A stretch of 64,000 nucleotides of DNA from Tubiluchus corallicola (taxonomy: Eukaryota > Animalia > Priapulida): positions 310,001 through 374,000 of the forward strand of contig JAQGDQ010000008.1 in the NCBI GenBank assembly GCA_030141605.1, written 5' to 3'. Positions within the stretch are counted from its first letter, which is position 1; every line of letters begins with the position of its first letter. The notes under the pieces are model-generated. The model was not told the origin of the DNA, did no database searches, and worked only from the letters and a program-made list of their open reading frames with translations. Position numbers and translations under genes: made by a program. Positions 11,184-25,195 of this stretch are shown in pieces.

Positions 11184-13299
11184 TTAACAGTAATGTGGAA
11201 TCACTGGAATATGAATATTGCGCAATGTGCAATATGGACACGCCATTAGGCTGCAAAAGCTGTGATGGTCAACGCTCAATAAATACAGTCACGTTGCTTG
11301 CTCTAGGAGCAATCTGCCACTTTTGTCTGCGATGCTCTATTCAGTGTTTATTCACCAGACATCAAAGAGTGTAAATAGAATAAAATACTTCTCCCTGCAT
11401 GAACTACATCAGAGTAATGGCTGATGTAGTTTTTTTTCCAGTTCAAACTTCTGTCTACAGCATGTTTATCCATTTTAAAAAAATAACATAAATCCAAAAC
11501 TAAATGAATCTAAAATATTCCTCCAAAAGATTTACAAGTCGGCGCTTGGCGCCCAGCAAAGCTAAAGCTGACTAACTTGTAGTTTACCCAAAATTTATAA
11601 TCTCATGTTGAACATAAATTGCTCTTCTCTGGAATTAAAGTTATACATAACTGTAAATAATACGTACGTTAGCAGCATGTCTGCAGAAATGTAATCTCGA
11701 TAAAGACTAAATTGCCCCTGCAGAAATTTTATTGGTTCATCTATGTTTGCTTGAGTACAGGGCACTAGACGGCCTGGCTATTAGGCATTACACCATAATT
11801 CACAACACTATACTGTGGTATAGTTATGGCCCACTAAAATACCAACCTAATTCCTGTAAATTATAGTTCCCTTACAGCCTCCAGTAAGTGTCAGTACTGT
11901 TTTATGATTTGACCTAGGATTCTAAAACCTACACACAGCAACTGCAAAGCGCACATCCTCAGCATGGAGCGATAAACGTTTTTCCTTGCCAAATAGTTTC
12001 CCGGGTATTATGTTTTGAAGTGTTTGGTTTACGGACAGTCTTCGAGTTCCAAACAAAATGCCCTGGCTTGCTCTTTGCACATACCATCCATCCCAGACGT
12101 GAGCCATAATGTACAGAGAAAATTACTTTCGCTCGAAAATACTGCCTAAGGCATTGCCTAATACTTAGAAAGTATCACTATCAGAATATGTCTTAAAGTT
12201 CTAATTTACAAAACCTATGTTTCGAAAAAATGTAAGACGTTTTAGTACGACGCATTTGAGAAATTGCGACATTTTTGTAAATAGAACCCAAGAGAAAAAG
12301 AATTAGGCTTATTACATAAGTTCATAAACTTCATAAAATAACAAAACAACATGCTATATAGTCGCTCACGCTGAATGCGATTTAGTGAGCCTGTTATGTA
12401 GGGGTTGTCAACCAGGGATTTTCGAACCCTTAGGGGTTCACAGGACAGTTTACATGGGTACTTGCGCGAATAGCGAAAATAGCAGGGCTAACACATTCTG
12501 CAAAAAGAGAAAATGACCGTTGATATGTGCGCCGCGTCAGTTTGATTTATGACTTCACTTTCTAATAGCAGGTCCGAATAGTCCTTATGTACAGCAATAA
12601 ATGTTTTTGTGTATCTGTGTATAGGCGTATTGATCATACCACAGTAATGTGGTGTGATTTATCCTGCCTGCATGTTTATATGTATGTATTCTTCGCTAAA
12701 GCCGCCTGAAAATGGCTGCATTTTAATTTTGAAAGTGGGTGGTTGATGAATGACGTCAGCTTGAATTCGTATAGAACAAGTTGCTGCCACGGTCTTTTAA
12801 AAGCTCATTTCCTTTTACCTAAATATAGCATGTTTTACGATGTCAATTAACTTCTGAATAAAGTCGTTAAAATTTGAACCATTTTAAATCCATTGCGGTG
12901 CTATTGCATATCTAATCAGTCTTAATATATTGTCATTCCATACTGAGTTTATTCTATGTGTTGAGTAAATACTGTAATGGGGTTCGCGACGACGTTCCGA
13001 TAACTCTGATGACGTACTTCCCTGCTTTTTTTGTGTACTGGATGAAGAAAAATTTTTTACATAACAACATGTTTACACAATCACTGCCGCTATCTACAAA
13101 ACAATTATTAAACTATTTTCCGTGTAAACAGAAACATGTTTACTGAAATGCAAAATAACTGCACTATATTACGTTCTCTAAGTTAGTGATTAGTAAAACG
13201 CGCAAAATTCAAAAATAAACACGAAACATTTTTACACGAATGACTTTAGCTTCCAACACCAATTTTTTGCTTCCATCGGTCATTTATGAATTTACTTAA

Positions 13300-13923
13300 A
13301 CGAAGACCGGACGATTGTTTAGGCGATCATTTTAATTTACTGTCCAAAATATACATTTTCTTGCCTATAAAAGTTAACAATTGTTCCTTATATTTGAATA
13401 ATTAGCTTAGAAAGTTAATTAACGGCAACGGAAAACAGCTATTGCTTACGTCAGAAACTAACCACAATTTGTGTAATGGCAGGCGTCTTTCCTTGCGCGT
13501 CAAGCACATTTGCATAGGTGTTACAGTCAAAGAATATAAACCTCTTTATACACTTTGTTACAGTACTGCTTAAACACATGATGTCACGAAAAATGGGCTT
13601 TACATCATATAACGTCATGAAACTAACACAGCAGTTCATGATCATTGTTATGACGGTACCGCCTTCTATTTGTCGGCACGCGCATGTGACAAAAAGGCAC
13701 CATTGCCTATCTTAGTAGATTCACTGAGCCGCGCGTAGCTTTGAAAGTTTAACGAAATTTGAGTATCCCAGGTAATTATTATTTAATCTAAGCTTTGATT
13801 TAAAATAAGCTATTTTAGTAGTTTTAGTAGTTTAGTAGTACTTATAAGCTATATAAGTAGCTTTCAATATTTTAGAGCATTCTTTATTCTGAACTCGTGT
13901 TTACACAGTCATCCGGTTTTCCT
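13300..13923. mobile_element. TTAA-flanked Kolobok-like element, copy 2
   Basis: TTAA at 13296-13299 and 13924-13927; TIR accggacgattgtttag / tttacacagtcatccggtt; homologous to 9430-9971. Confidence 0.75.
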
Positions 13924-16110
13924 TTAATATGCATAACTCACAATCGATTGTGAGAGGAACTATAACTATGAAATATGATCGACGCGAATCAACGCAGTTT
14001 TTTCATTTGTTCAAAACCTCATCTGTTTGCTGTTTCTTTTCCTGTCCTCAGAAAACACGTTTTTCTCCACTGCTCTTCGTGCACGGCGCAAATATGAGAA
14101 CGCACCAAGAAAAACACTCACACAGAGGGAACAAATGCATGTAACACAGACAACTTCCGCCGCCTCCGAAGAATTCCAAGTGGACCACTTCCCACGTCAT
14201 TGTAATTTCCAAAATACTCAGCGTAATGGAAATCATCGAGCCAGAAGTTTCAGGAACTATGTGGACGTAAGTGCAGGTTTGCGCCTCGGGTGAAGAAAAA
14301 TCGAAAGCAATGTTATCGACTGAACTGAGATTCTGAGCTAGAAATCACGTACATCTGAGCAGTTTATGAATATTTGATTATAAAACAATGTTACTGAACT
14401 CTCAACGGTGTGATTAGGAGTTTAATACAAAAACAAGATTGATGATGAAGAACCAACTGTGTATTAAATATTAAAGCCTCAAAAATCAACTTCGTGTTGG
14501 CAAACATGCTAGCAACTATAAGTACATAAGCATAGACATCTTTATGAATAATTTTAATTACACAGTTAATAAGTAAAGTACCCCCATCACTTATTAAATT
14601 TTTACATCTAAACACTGCTGAAAGAGGGAAAAAATCTGAATAATGCAGACACAAATCGTATTATAGACAATTCAAATCCTAGCTCAGATCCATTTCTTTC
14701 TTTATCTTTTTTGACCCATATTTGGACTCAGCTTAATAATAATAGAATATTTAATTTTCTTACCCTACATAAAAACTCAACAAAACACAAACTCATGCTG
14801 TTGTAGACATACGTTGAATGTGCTGCGTAGCCTTGGTGAAACCTAGCTCCTGTGAGAACGTGAAATAGAATGCTACAAATAATACAGGGCTTAGTCACTT
14901 TAATGAGAACAGCGGTGGCGCTGTTTACTTGAAAATCACTCTGCTCGGATCGTCTCTCACTCCGACGAAATATTAATCCGGGTCGATTCAGAGATCTCGG
15001 ATTTTCGACGTACATACACACAGATGGCCGACCATAATGCACAAGGCTGGGTGATAAACGAGCAAAATTGGAATGATAGTAATTAATAGGGTAAAGGTCT
15101 GGTGGGTGGGCTTCTAGTAGATGGATATAGATGGATGCATGGAATCAATCATTGAGAGTGACGTTGAAATTATTATAGCCATGACATTTAATGCAGGACT
15201 GGATGATGGAAAATGCGATTTATGAAGAATTCAAGGAATTTGGTATGTGGCTTTTCGTTCCGTGTTACTTAAGAAAAAGGGAAGAAAGGGGAATTTTAAA
15301 ATATATCTCAAAAAACTTTCCACAGAAAATTATATTACTTAGCTTTACACTTAACTGTTGGAAAAAACCCATGTAATTGGAAAAGAAAATTCGTATTAGA
15401 AAAACTGTATTAGGTACAGTGATTTAGAATCAGCGGCACTGTACCGCCATCCCAGTGTGCACCACTAATTCACCAAAAAAACACATTATTGATTTTACTT
15501 ACAGTATAATGCAGTTAAAGTTTTGTTTAGCTAGCGAAAAAGGTGCTACGAATGTTCTGATTATTTTTTCAAACTTTACGCAATGTTACTTAAACGTGTT
15601 TTGAACCGTTACCGTTAAAATTGTTGCTCTTAACAGATTTATAAAAACGTAACTGCTAATGCGAAGTCCTGTATGCAATAAGACAACATATAAGGCATAT
15701 AAAATTTCAAGACAAAGTATTCAAGCTTTGTTTACAAAGAGTATTTTTTATGCTTTAAAAAACATGAATTGTTCTTTCTTGTATACAGAGTTCTGCGAAA
15801 AGTTCTAAGATTTATCCGCCTATTTGGATTCCATGATGAACATTTGAGCTCCCAATGTTTGCAAAAAAACCGAAAACACCTTTTAATACAGTTCAGTCTC
15901 TATAAGCTAATGTCTAGCATTTGTCCAATAGAAACTGCTGGATGTAGACATTTCTGACGGGACTGGGATCTAGTTCGTTATGAAAATTAACCCTCTAACA
16001 TCAAAAGATACAAAATTGGACAATGTGTCTTAGTTACTTTCGAATGTATATATATAATCCGTTAAAAGGGCTAGCAGTGACAAATGAAACCGCCTAGAGC
16101 CATTCTTTCT

Positions 16111-16215
16111 GGTGGGCACCTGTTCGTCAACCAAATACGATGTTGCTTAACTTCTGTGACATCACACACTCACACGGTGATCACTATTCCATTCACTCCC
16201 ACCTGCTAGAAACAT
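16111..16215 (-). mobile_element. 5S-derived SINE head, degenerate
   Basis: cgatgttgcttaacttctg is the reverse complement of the 5S-like gaagttaagcaac; shares its end with the 11091-11183 copy. Confidence 0.6.
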
Positions 16216-17880
16216 AAGGCTTAAAACTTAAAATAAATTTGTCGACCAGGACCATAAAGCATTCCTATAAAAAAATTTCAGTAACGAGCAGGTTATAAAG
16301 TGACAAAACTGTAAGAAATACGCTAACATCACAATAACGACCGCACAAAAATCATCTATAAATGAAAACAGAACAACACATGTCAATAAAACAAAACTTG
16401 TGAATGAAGGCAAATTTCTATTATTAGTTTTACTGTGCTATGTGTGTGCAACTATCTGTCCAGAAGCAGCTGCTACAGAGATTACATTGCCGACACGAAT
16501 ACCCAAATTCCTGAAATATGATATACGCATAATTAGCAGCATTTTCCTAATCTTTGTTGAGCCATTCCAAACAGTGACAGCCATTCATTGCAATTCAGAA
16601 CGTACTTGTGCACAGGGATAGACAAACTGGGGATCTTCCGGGATTACTGCTTATGTTTCGTTACAGGCAGTTTTTTGGTATAAATACTTTTCCTGTACAG
16701 CTGCCAGCCTCAATGCAAAAGCTCTTTACCTATTAAAATAGTACCACAGCTTCATGCGTTTTTTCACTAAATATTGATTTTGGGAGTCCGTAAGTTAAAA
16801 CACGAAGAAAATGAAAAAAATCTTTTTAACTTGTAAGAGGCACTATTGAATCAAGCTTTGAACCATTTTAGAGACCCACACGGTGGCGTTGTATAGGCCC
16901 TAGGTATTAGCAGACAAATACAGCATTTGGCATTGTCCGCAAAGGATTTTTAAAAATGCACGTTCATTAGGTTCGTAAATTTCGTTTTTAATCCAACCTA
17001 CACCATACAGCAACAAAGCACTTGTTGTTACTGTTCTTTTTCTGGCACATGCACAGGAGGAAGGTTTGTGTGCTTCAACCTGTATGTTTTCCTTGATCAA
17101 ATCATTAATGCGCTTTTACTCAAAACTCACTCGAAATTAAATAACTCGTAAACAAAAAAAACAAAAACTCTAAACACTTCAGGAAAGCACATGACGAATA
17201 AATTATCCAGAATTTATTCACAATAAATCGGCGCATGAAAAGGCTGTTTGCACTCGTATCAGTGCTTACTAAAATAACAGCTTTCGGTTATTGGAAGTTA
17301 CGATGCACCAAATGTGATGGCACTTCAAAGCTTGCGGCTGCTGCAATTTCATTAAATTACTGTCTCCAGTTTTCAGTTATAGCTTTTTATACTTTCTAAA
17401 GAAGACGGTTTTGTATACAACTTAACGCAAACTTGGCTTCATAAGTAGGCCCACTTCCTGTACACAGTCAAAAACAAGAAACAAGATGCATCAGCATCAT
17501 CAGTCGTCGAGACATGACGCGCGGGCTTCCGCGGAAATTCTAAAACTCAAGTTTCGAGGGATTAAAGAAGATAACAGTAACTCAAACCCACTTATTTGCA
17601 ATTCGCAACGGGACATCCCGCGATTAAACGAGAAAATAAGAAACAGGTTTGAAGGCAGTGGAGGATTAGGTTAGTGAATATTTTAGAAATGGAACAGAAA
17701 TGATGAGAAACGGAGCACAGCTTTCCACTGCTTGCTACTTCAAATAAAAACACGAAAACAACAGTGCATATATCTAAAGGCAGGTGAACAACTCGATAAT
17801 GGTAAATGGTAAAATGGAAGAAAATGGTAAACTCTATTGAGAAGCATCAGACATTGTCTGAAGCATATTAAATAGCGAAA

Positions 17881-18310
17881 CAATTCAATTCAATTCAATT
17901 CACCTTTTATTTCAGCATTAAGTTTCTATACAATTCACTAAAAAAGATAAATAACCACACGTACACAAACACACAAAATACTAACTCTACTAATTACATG
18001 CAACAACAACAACAAAACCAAAGAATATTAAAAGCTACCAACATCAAATAAAAAGGACGTCCATAACCAAAAAATTTTGAAGTGTACACTACAGTCATTA
18101 GCAATATTTGCCCTCAGAGCATTGTCAGATTGCACAATTCTCGTAAGCAGACTTGCGTCGTATATGAATAAAATGTGAAAGAGATAAATCTACACACATA
18201 TGAGATGCACTACAAACATATTTAAGTTTTAAAAGTTTCCTTATAACATTGTTGTAAGACACCCTAAGTTTGTCTAGAACATATTTGTCAAAATTAACCC
18301 AGAAGTTAAC
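17881..18310 (-). mobile_element. 3' fragment of a LINE (L2/Crack/Daphne-type ORF2 end plus tail)
   Basis: FWVNF..LRVSYNNVIRKLLKL...CSASHM matches the LRVxYNNxxRxLL..CSASxMF C-terminal motif; followed by AATAAA and a (TGAAT)n tail on the minus strand. Confidence 0.7.
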
Positions 18311-18434
18311 AACATTAGATAATACAACAGTAACTTTTGAAGAGAAAAGACTTAACATTAGCACAACAATTACTAAACTTCCTTATTATATTATTAATGT
18401 AATAGTGACTTAGCAAAATGTCAGCGAAACTTAC

Positions 18435-18725
18435 CATCGGTAAATAACAACGTGTACTGTGAGCAGTTACACAACATACTAAAGGAGAACAGTAGCTCTA
18501 CCAAACGTACGGTTTGCAAAGAATTTAATCCGGACATAAAAACCCCATATATATATATTAGAGACTACTACAGAAAAATACCGCATAGTTTTCTCTCGAC
18601 TAAGGTTACAACCGCATCACATAACTAAGAATTGAAACCGGAAGATGGCACCGTGAAAATAGAAAGACTATACACGTGTGCACGAACGGAAAAATATGTA
18701 CGGTGTGCTGACGTACTGACGTAGA
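18435..18725 (-). promoter_or_regulatory. putative promoter and 5' exon of LHFPL2
   Basis: Perfect minus-strand donor ATG|gtaagt at 18435/18434; overlapping ETS (CCGGAAG) and YY1 (AAGATGGC) motifs at 18638-18649; two TGACGT half-CRE motifs at about 18709-18722. Confidence 0.5.
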
Positions 18726-19181
18726 GAAAATAGGAGAAAATATGCTAGTGTGGACTTCTGTACTGTCAACTATTATGGAGAGCAAACTCGCATTTGAAAT
18801 TTGCTTTCAAGTTTTAGAAACTTTCAAAATTAAAAAGATTAATTACGTTAGTATTGATGTTCGCTTAAAATGTCGAACTATAACCACTTTTTCTATGGTA
18901 TAAAGTTAATACAACTATGTTATTTTAGATACTAATGTGACTCACTTGTGATTAATTCTTAACGAAGTGCATAATGGACTGCAAAGTTTATTATTTTTCA
19001 GTTACCCCAGTTTTTGTCAATGATTGTATTCACAATTTATAAATTATAATACTACAGCTAATATAGAAGGTTGTGGCAAAACTGGAATCTGTAACAAATT
19101 TAAAAATAATCTTTTCAGATGAAATGACAGAAGAGTCTCAGCCAAGTTCGTATGTGAGGGAAATAAATGTCAGACAAAACC

Positions 19182-19270
19182 TCCCAGAGGCAATCATCCA
19201 TCCATTTACTGACTAGTCCCGACGTTGTTTAACTTCAGACGCTAAGCTTACGCCCTGGCCACGCCGCTCC
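19182..19270 (-). mobile_element. 5S-derived SINE head (best-preserved copy)
   Basis: Minus strand gagcggcgtggccagggcgtaagcttagcgtctgaagttaaacaacgtcgggactagtcagtaaatggatggatgattgcctctggga; the second half parallels the 5S rRNA box A/IE/box C region. Confidence 0.7.
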
Positions 19271-20547
19271 TCATCCCAATAGTAAAATGTGTTTAACAAA
19301 GCATAGGTATACGCAAGCTTTAGTAACAAGTGTGCTTATCAAAGGGTTATGTTTAGCTTTGTCCGCAACAAAGGAACCTTTTAGCAATTCTCTTTATTAT
19401 AAGCGGTTTTCCCCATTTTCGTGCGTTAACCTTTTCGCAAAATTGCGATCGTAATTCAGGCTTAATGGAATCCATTCACAATAACAACTACTCTAGTTTC
19501 TATGAAGTATGAAGCCATTGGGGTTATCGAATGTTAGCTATAGAATGTGGCTTCCAATATACCGTTTTCCTGTATAAAACCTATGCAGAAGGAATTTACG
19601 AGACACTGTTATACAACATACATTGTTTTGATGTAACAAACTACTCATCCACCATAGACTAAACTATTTATTTCCAAAAGGACTAGCTTATATTCTGCAC
19701 CGTCGCATATACCGTCACGTTTATAAATTAACATTATTAAGTACAGAAACTCTAGTAAAATTCTCACATGCAGAACATAAAAATCAACAAGCTACTAAGT
19801 TAAGATATCAGCTATTATGAAGAAGATATAAATTACTATTATTTTTTATTTCACACATTTAAAATTAATAAAGCAATATGAAAAAAATAAATATTTAAAT
19901 AAGTAATACCTAAATGAGTAAATAAATAAATAAATAAAAACACAAAATGTTTAAATGGCAAAAATTAAATTCCTGTCTTAAAGGCATACATTAACATCGG
20001 TTAATAATCAAATCTAGCTCTTGAAGTGGGCGCCTGGATGCGTCTGGATGCCTTAAATTACAATTTAGATTCTCATCGCAAAGATTTGGCGAAAAATCCG
20101 CATCATTAATTCTGCTTAACTTTAATTTGAAAATTAAAATTGTACGATTGATTTTGTGCCAAAAGGCCTTATACTTTAGCACGGAAACAAATTTCACTAC
20201 TAGCGTTAGAGTAAATAATTCGTTTTCGTTGCATAATTGCTAGGTTTTTCATCGTCATTCTATTTCTATAGAGAGCAATTTTACTTCACTGGATGATTTA
20301 TTTTTTACGAAATGCATTAATTTCTCCAACGCAGCAAAAGACTGCAAATGAGATCGGCGAGCATTTTCTAGCCTCATTATCTCTTCAAGAGCTAAATGCT
20401 TACGCCATAAAAGTAAATTGATCGATTTAGATTAAAATTTCATCTGCACCGTGCATGCACCAGAGAAACAATTTACTACAATGCATTATTAACACAACCA
20501 CCGCCTTCATCATCGTTCATCACTGTCATGGTATAAGTTCCATTTAA

Positions 20548-21228
20548 GGTACCTTACGACTCCATTTGTACATAATGCGTGATCTGTAATGCGTCTACAA
20601 CAGTTTGTATTTAAACATGTAGAAGCGTTTCCACGTGTACGTAATGCGGGATCCGTATTCAGTCGAACGTGATCGCGTTCGTCCGAATACGCATCACAAA
20701 GCAATGCGCAGACCGGTGCCTAAGTGATTATAGCGAGTTTTCAAGCTTCCGGTGACCATTTTCGCTGCTTAGCTTTCTGAAAATTCTAGTTAGGTGAGTT
20801 TTGGTCATTTTAGGACCTATAAACAATATTTTTTCTATTTGAATTTTGAGAAATGGAAGAAGCATGTAGTTATGTGTTGTGCATCAAACTGCAGTTCTTT
20901 CACAAAATGATGATACTTGCCCTATTGTTCTCTATCCTGCAAAATGTTGTGCACCCAAAACCTGTGCTTTCTTTTGAATTTTTCCGTACAATAATAATAA
21001 GGTAATGCCGCAACTGTAATTATCATTAAATGCTTAAATTTCGGCAGAGACGTGGTTTCCAAAAATTATTGCTTCTTGCAATTTTCAGGAGTAGCGACAA
21101 AAATGGCGGAAAAAACGCCGTGGATTTTGTTAATACGCACAGCGTTTACGAACACATGGAAACAGTCAACACGCATCACGCATTACGGATCACAGATTAC
21201 AGCATTATGCGCACATGGAGTCGTAGCT
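20548..21228. mobile_element. inverted-repeat DNA element (PIF/Harbinger-like)
   Basis: tacgactccatttgtacataatgc (20555-) is the inverted counterpart of gcattatgcgcacatggagtcgta (-21225); subterminal gtttccacgtgtacgtaa matches tttacgaacacatggaaac; TAA/TTA flanks. Confidence 0.6.
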
Positions 21229-24200
21229 TTAGTGTTTAATTTGTGAGCTATTTTATGTACATCTACATCTATATCTTATCTACATCAGCTAAAGCTCAGG
21301 TACCTTAGGTTACTGTCTAGGAACAGTTTTTTACTGCCCTACCTAGTAGATATATATTGTATACATAATAATCTTTATTTGCTAAAATAAAGTCGTTAAA
21401 GTACATTTGATAACTGCCGAAAAAAATTGATTAAACAGTGCTAATTAATAAAATTTTACACTACTAAAGCTAATTTTACGTTGCTCAACAGCTCAACTGC
21501 AACTACTGTGAAGTAAAGAAAAAACTAGAAACACTATGACGTATAAAAACAAAACGTATTTACAAGTATTTACAAGAGTTAAAAATTGTGATTAGATTAA
21601 GCAATACGGCCGTGGATACAAAATTCTGAAATTCGTGTGTATATTGTCGTACTACTGTGAAAGTATTTTATATTTAATTATAACTTTGTTTTAAATGCCA
21701 ATACGGATCCTGATTTATTTAACTTGTAATGATAGAGCATTCCAAAGTAAAATTGACTGCTTGACTATCGAGTTGGTTTTGTTTGGCTTAATTTGTTTTA
21801 AATTAGTCGTTGTGAAATTAACGATAGTGATAGGGTTTGGAAGGAAATTAAATCTGTTATTTTGAAATTATTTGCTAATATTTTTGGTATATTTAAATAT
21901 ACACAGCAAAGTGTGATATTCTCTGTGTGCTTCAAAGACTAGAAGTTAAAGTTCCTAGGTTGCCGTTGAAGCTTTGATTTTTGTCTACTTGATCTGACAT
22001 TTGTATGACCACCCAACTATCAATCTCATAATTCTGGATTTAGTTTCAAGTAATTTTCTCTTTCGTTTTTTTTTTGAAGTAGTGTACATTCAAGTTAGAT
22101 GCACAACATATTAACCAAATTGCTAATACCAGCTATTACTGGTTGTCCTTCTATAACTACATAGAACGTTGTTATTGGGATTATACAGACACGTTATGCT
22201 ACTACAGATTGAGCAATGAACGATAAAAGAGAAAAGTTAAGTTGTCTTCGCAGGAGAGAATTGTGCATGAAATTGTGTTTCGTAAGTTATGGAATATAGT
22301 TAGACTACTTCATCTTACTTTACATTAATTTATGATTAACTTTGCTGCTTGTTTGGATTTCACCGATCTGTAATGAATGCAAAGTACAAAAACATTGTTG
22401 ATTATATAAATCAGTGTTCTACAAAATAGGCGTGCCAAAATACAAAGTTATAAGAAATAACTTACAGATATAAGAATTGTTCAAGTCTTAGTCATCTTGG
22501 ATAACCGAATTAAGTGTACTGTATAGTACTTTTGGGCCCATATTTGAATAGGAAAAACCTAAAAGGGAGGAATATTATGGCCTAGTTAGTTTTAGTCAGT
22601 GATGTCCTTCAGGAAGCACTTTCGGATCTTATTCCAAAAAATTGTGGAAATGGAAAAACAAAAGTGGATACCTCACTAACCTCAGAGAGCACTTCTAGTA
22701 CACATTTTATATTGTGAAAAAAATCAACGATGTTCCGCAGGGCACATTTCTTTGATCTGTAGAATTATATTATTTTCACTGTTCTACTTCACTAAACCTC
22801 CAAAAACTTTAAAAACCGACGTCACTGTAATAACTGCTGCTAAAAATGAAATTGCCAAATCTGTGACATGATCAAAGGATGGCAACAACGCAATTTCGTG
22901 ACTAACAAGCTAAGTAAGGCTTCTTAAGTTCCCAAGCACGAGGTGTCACATCTCAATAAATCACAGGCGACAACTGACGAACGGGGCAATGGCGAATCAA
23001 TACACACTTCCATTTGCTTGACAGGCAACCATTATGGCACCATGATTGACTCACAGGCCAGTTTGGCACATTTACATTCAAATTACATACAAAATTCAGG
23101 AAACGTTGGCCACGTGGCACGAAGCAGAGAGTTTTCTCGCCGGCAGGCAGGATAACAACATGGTAATTATCACTCTGTGGGACCTTTAAATTTGACATTT
23201 TGCAACGTTTTATTATAACGGTAGGCAGTCATCAAACGAGCGCAAGTTGCAACTGAACGAAAGAAGCCTTGACGTTTTCTCTACAAAAATACCATTTGAT
23301 CGACGGCTTTGTTAAAAGGCTTCCACAAATAGTCAACTGCCATTGACAAGTGGACAAGGTCGTGCGATTGTGGTTTAGCCGCACGTAAAAAATTCATTGA
23401 TTTGCATTAAACTCTTTTATCATTAAAATCAATAACTTTAACTAAAATGAAAAACAGTTAATTACTGTTAGAATTTTTTATTCTGAAAAATAATAAGAAA
23501 AAGAAATAATACTTCTTTTATATTATTTTTGCCTACTATATTCCTTTACCCCTTTACTTCACTACCTCCAAAACTGCAGTCACATTAAGGTGCATCAGCC
23601 AACTTTCCACTTAGTTAGTAACACACTATTACTATTCACTGGCATTATTGATATCATCATCATCATCATCATCACCATTCATTCATTCATAATCATTATA
23701 ATAATAATGATGATAAAATTGGCTGCAACGAACCTATATAGAACACAAATTACACTTATGATAGATGTGATTTCATGCACACATAAATCGAATAACCTGT
23801 GATTGAAGGCATGCAAGATGACAAAATTCAATTTCATCACAATCATCTCTCAATTTTAATAATTCGCTCGCGTGGCTTAAATCACACAGTATCGAAGCAA
23901 TGACGCACTTTTCACAGCCATTGGCAATCTCCTGCAATGCATCACTTACAATAAAGATAGGAAATAAAATTTTTGCCAATGATATTTACTAAAATTTAAT
24001 AAATCTCGAGCGATATATGTCATGTAAGGAACAAAATCGAGTGCGAGTGCTAATAAAAATACTAGTAAATAAAAATCACATTTTGAATTAGCAACAATTT
24101 CAGTGGAAGCCATTAGCTAGAATTTTTCACATCTTTCAAGGCTGTTAAGTGCCGTAAACTTTTCTCAGCAAATATTGTCAAAAGCCGACGCGAAAATTCA

Positions 24201-24719
24201 ATCTTCAATAAGCAGAACGTATTTGAATCACTAGAAACAGCTGCCTATTCGAATTACTTAAACCAACATCGAAATTAAATAAACTCACGCTTGGCCGAGA
24301 AAATTGACTTGATTCGAGCAGAATTATTTGACAGATGAATGGCGTATACTTCCGACCAAACAACAGAGAAATGAAATGCAATGCAGAAAGTGCGTGTAAA
24401 GTTGATTTATCATCGTCAAACTGCTGACCAGCCATAAAAAACACCGAGCTTTTAATCAAATTAACACACAGCAATCAATAACTAGAACCGCACGCCATAA
24501 ACTAATGATTAATTTGAGTGTAATATGAGAGCAATAACACCGTATCTGATTGCAGAACACGTACCGCACGTCGTTGTAATGTTTGTTTAGACTGCTTGCA
24601 TTAAAATACTAATATCATTTGGTGGTTGCACCAAACTTGAAAAGCCAGAGAGAATAATTGGCATTTGGCCCCGTTACGGAATGTTCGGCCGTCGAAGTTA
24701 TTTTTAGCCGTGACTATGT

Positions 24720-24784
24720 TGATAATAATGATGAGTGATGATTCCGTGAAGATGACATTAACATTGATAATGATGATGATGATG

Positions 24785-24842
<58 letters not shown>

Positions 24843-24924
24843 AAAGATAAAGATGATGATGATGATGACGACGATGTCGATGACGACGACGATGATGACG
24901 ACGACGACGACGACGATAATGATA

Positions 24925-24992
<68 letters not shown>

Positions 24993-25195
24993 GACGACAA
25001 TAATAATGATGATGACAATAACAACAAAAACAGTGATAACGATGATATTTACGGTGACAACAATGATGACGATAACAATGATGACGATGACATTGACAAT
25101 AATCAAGATGATGACGATCACGAGATGATAAAGAACAAGCTGATATGATCACAATCATCATCATCATCATTATCACCATCATCATCATCAGCAAG
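24720..25195. repeat. long (GAT)n microsatellite followed by a short (CAT)n tract
   Basis: Direct sequence; produces the poly-M/H/I/S ORFs. Confidence 0.95.

Noticed and set aside
12399-13020. hAT/Charlie-like end (taggggttgtcaacc...) with a possible partner near 12977-13020
   Set aside because: Probably a TE remnant, but I could not define a matching right terminus or target-site duplication.
19182-19270. Possible functional 5S rRNA gene
   Set aside because: Only the internal part matches, with many substitutions and a non-5S 5' end; treated as a SINE.
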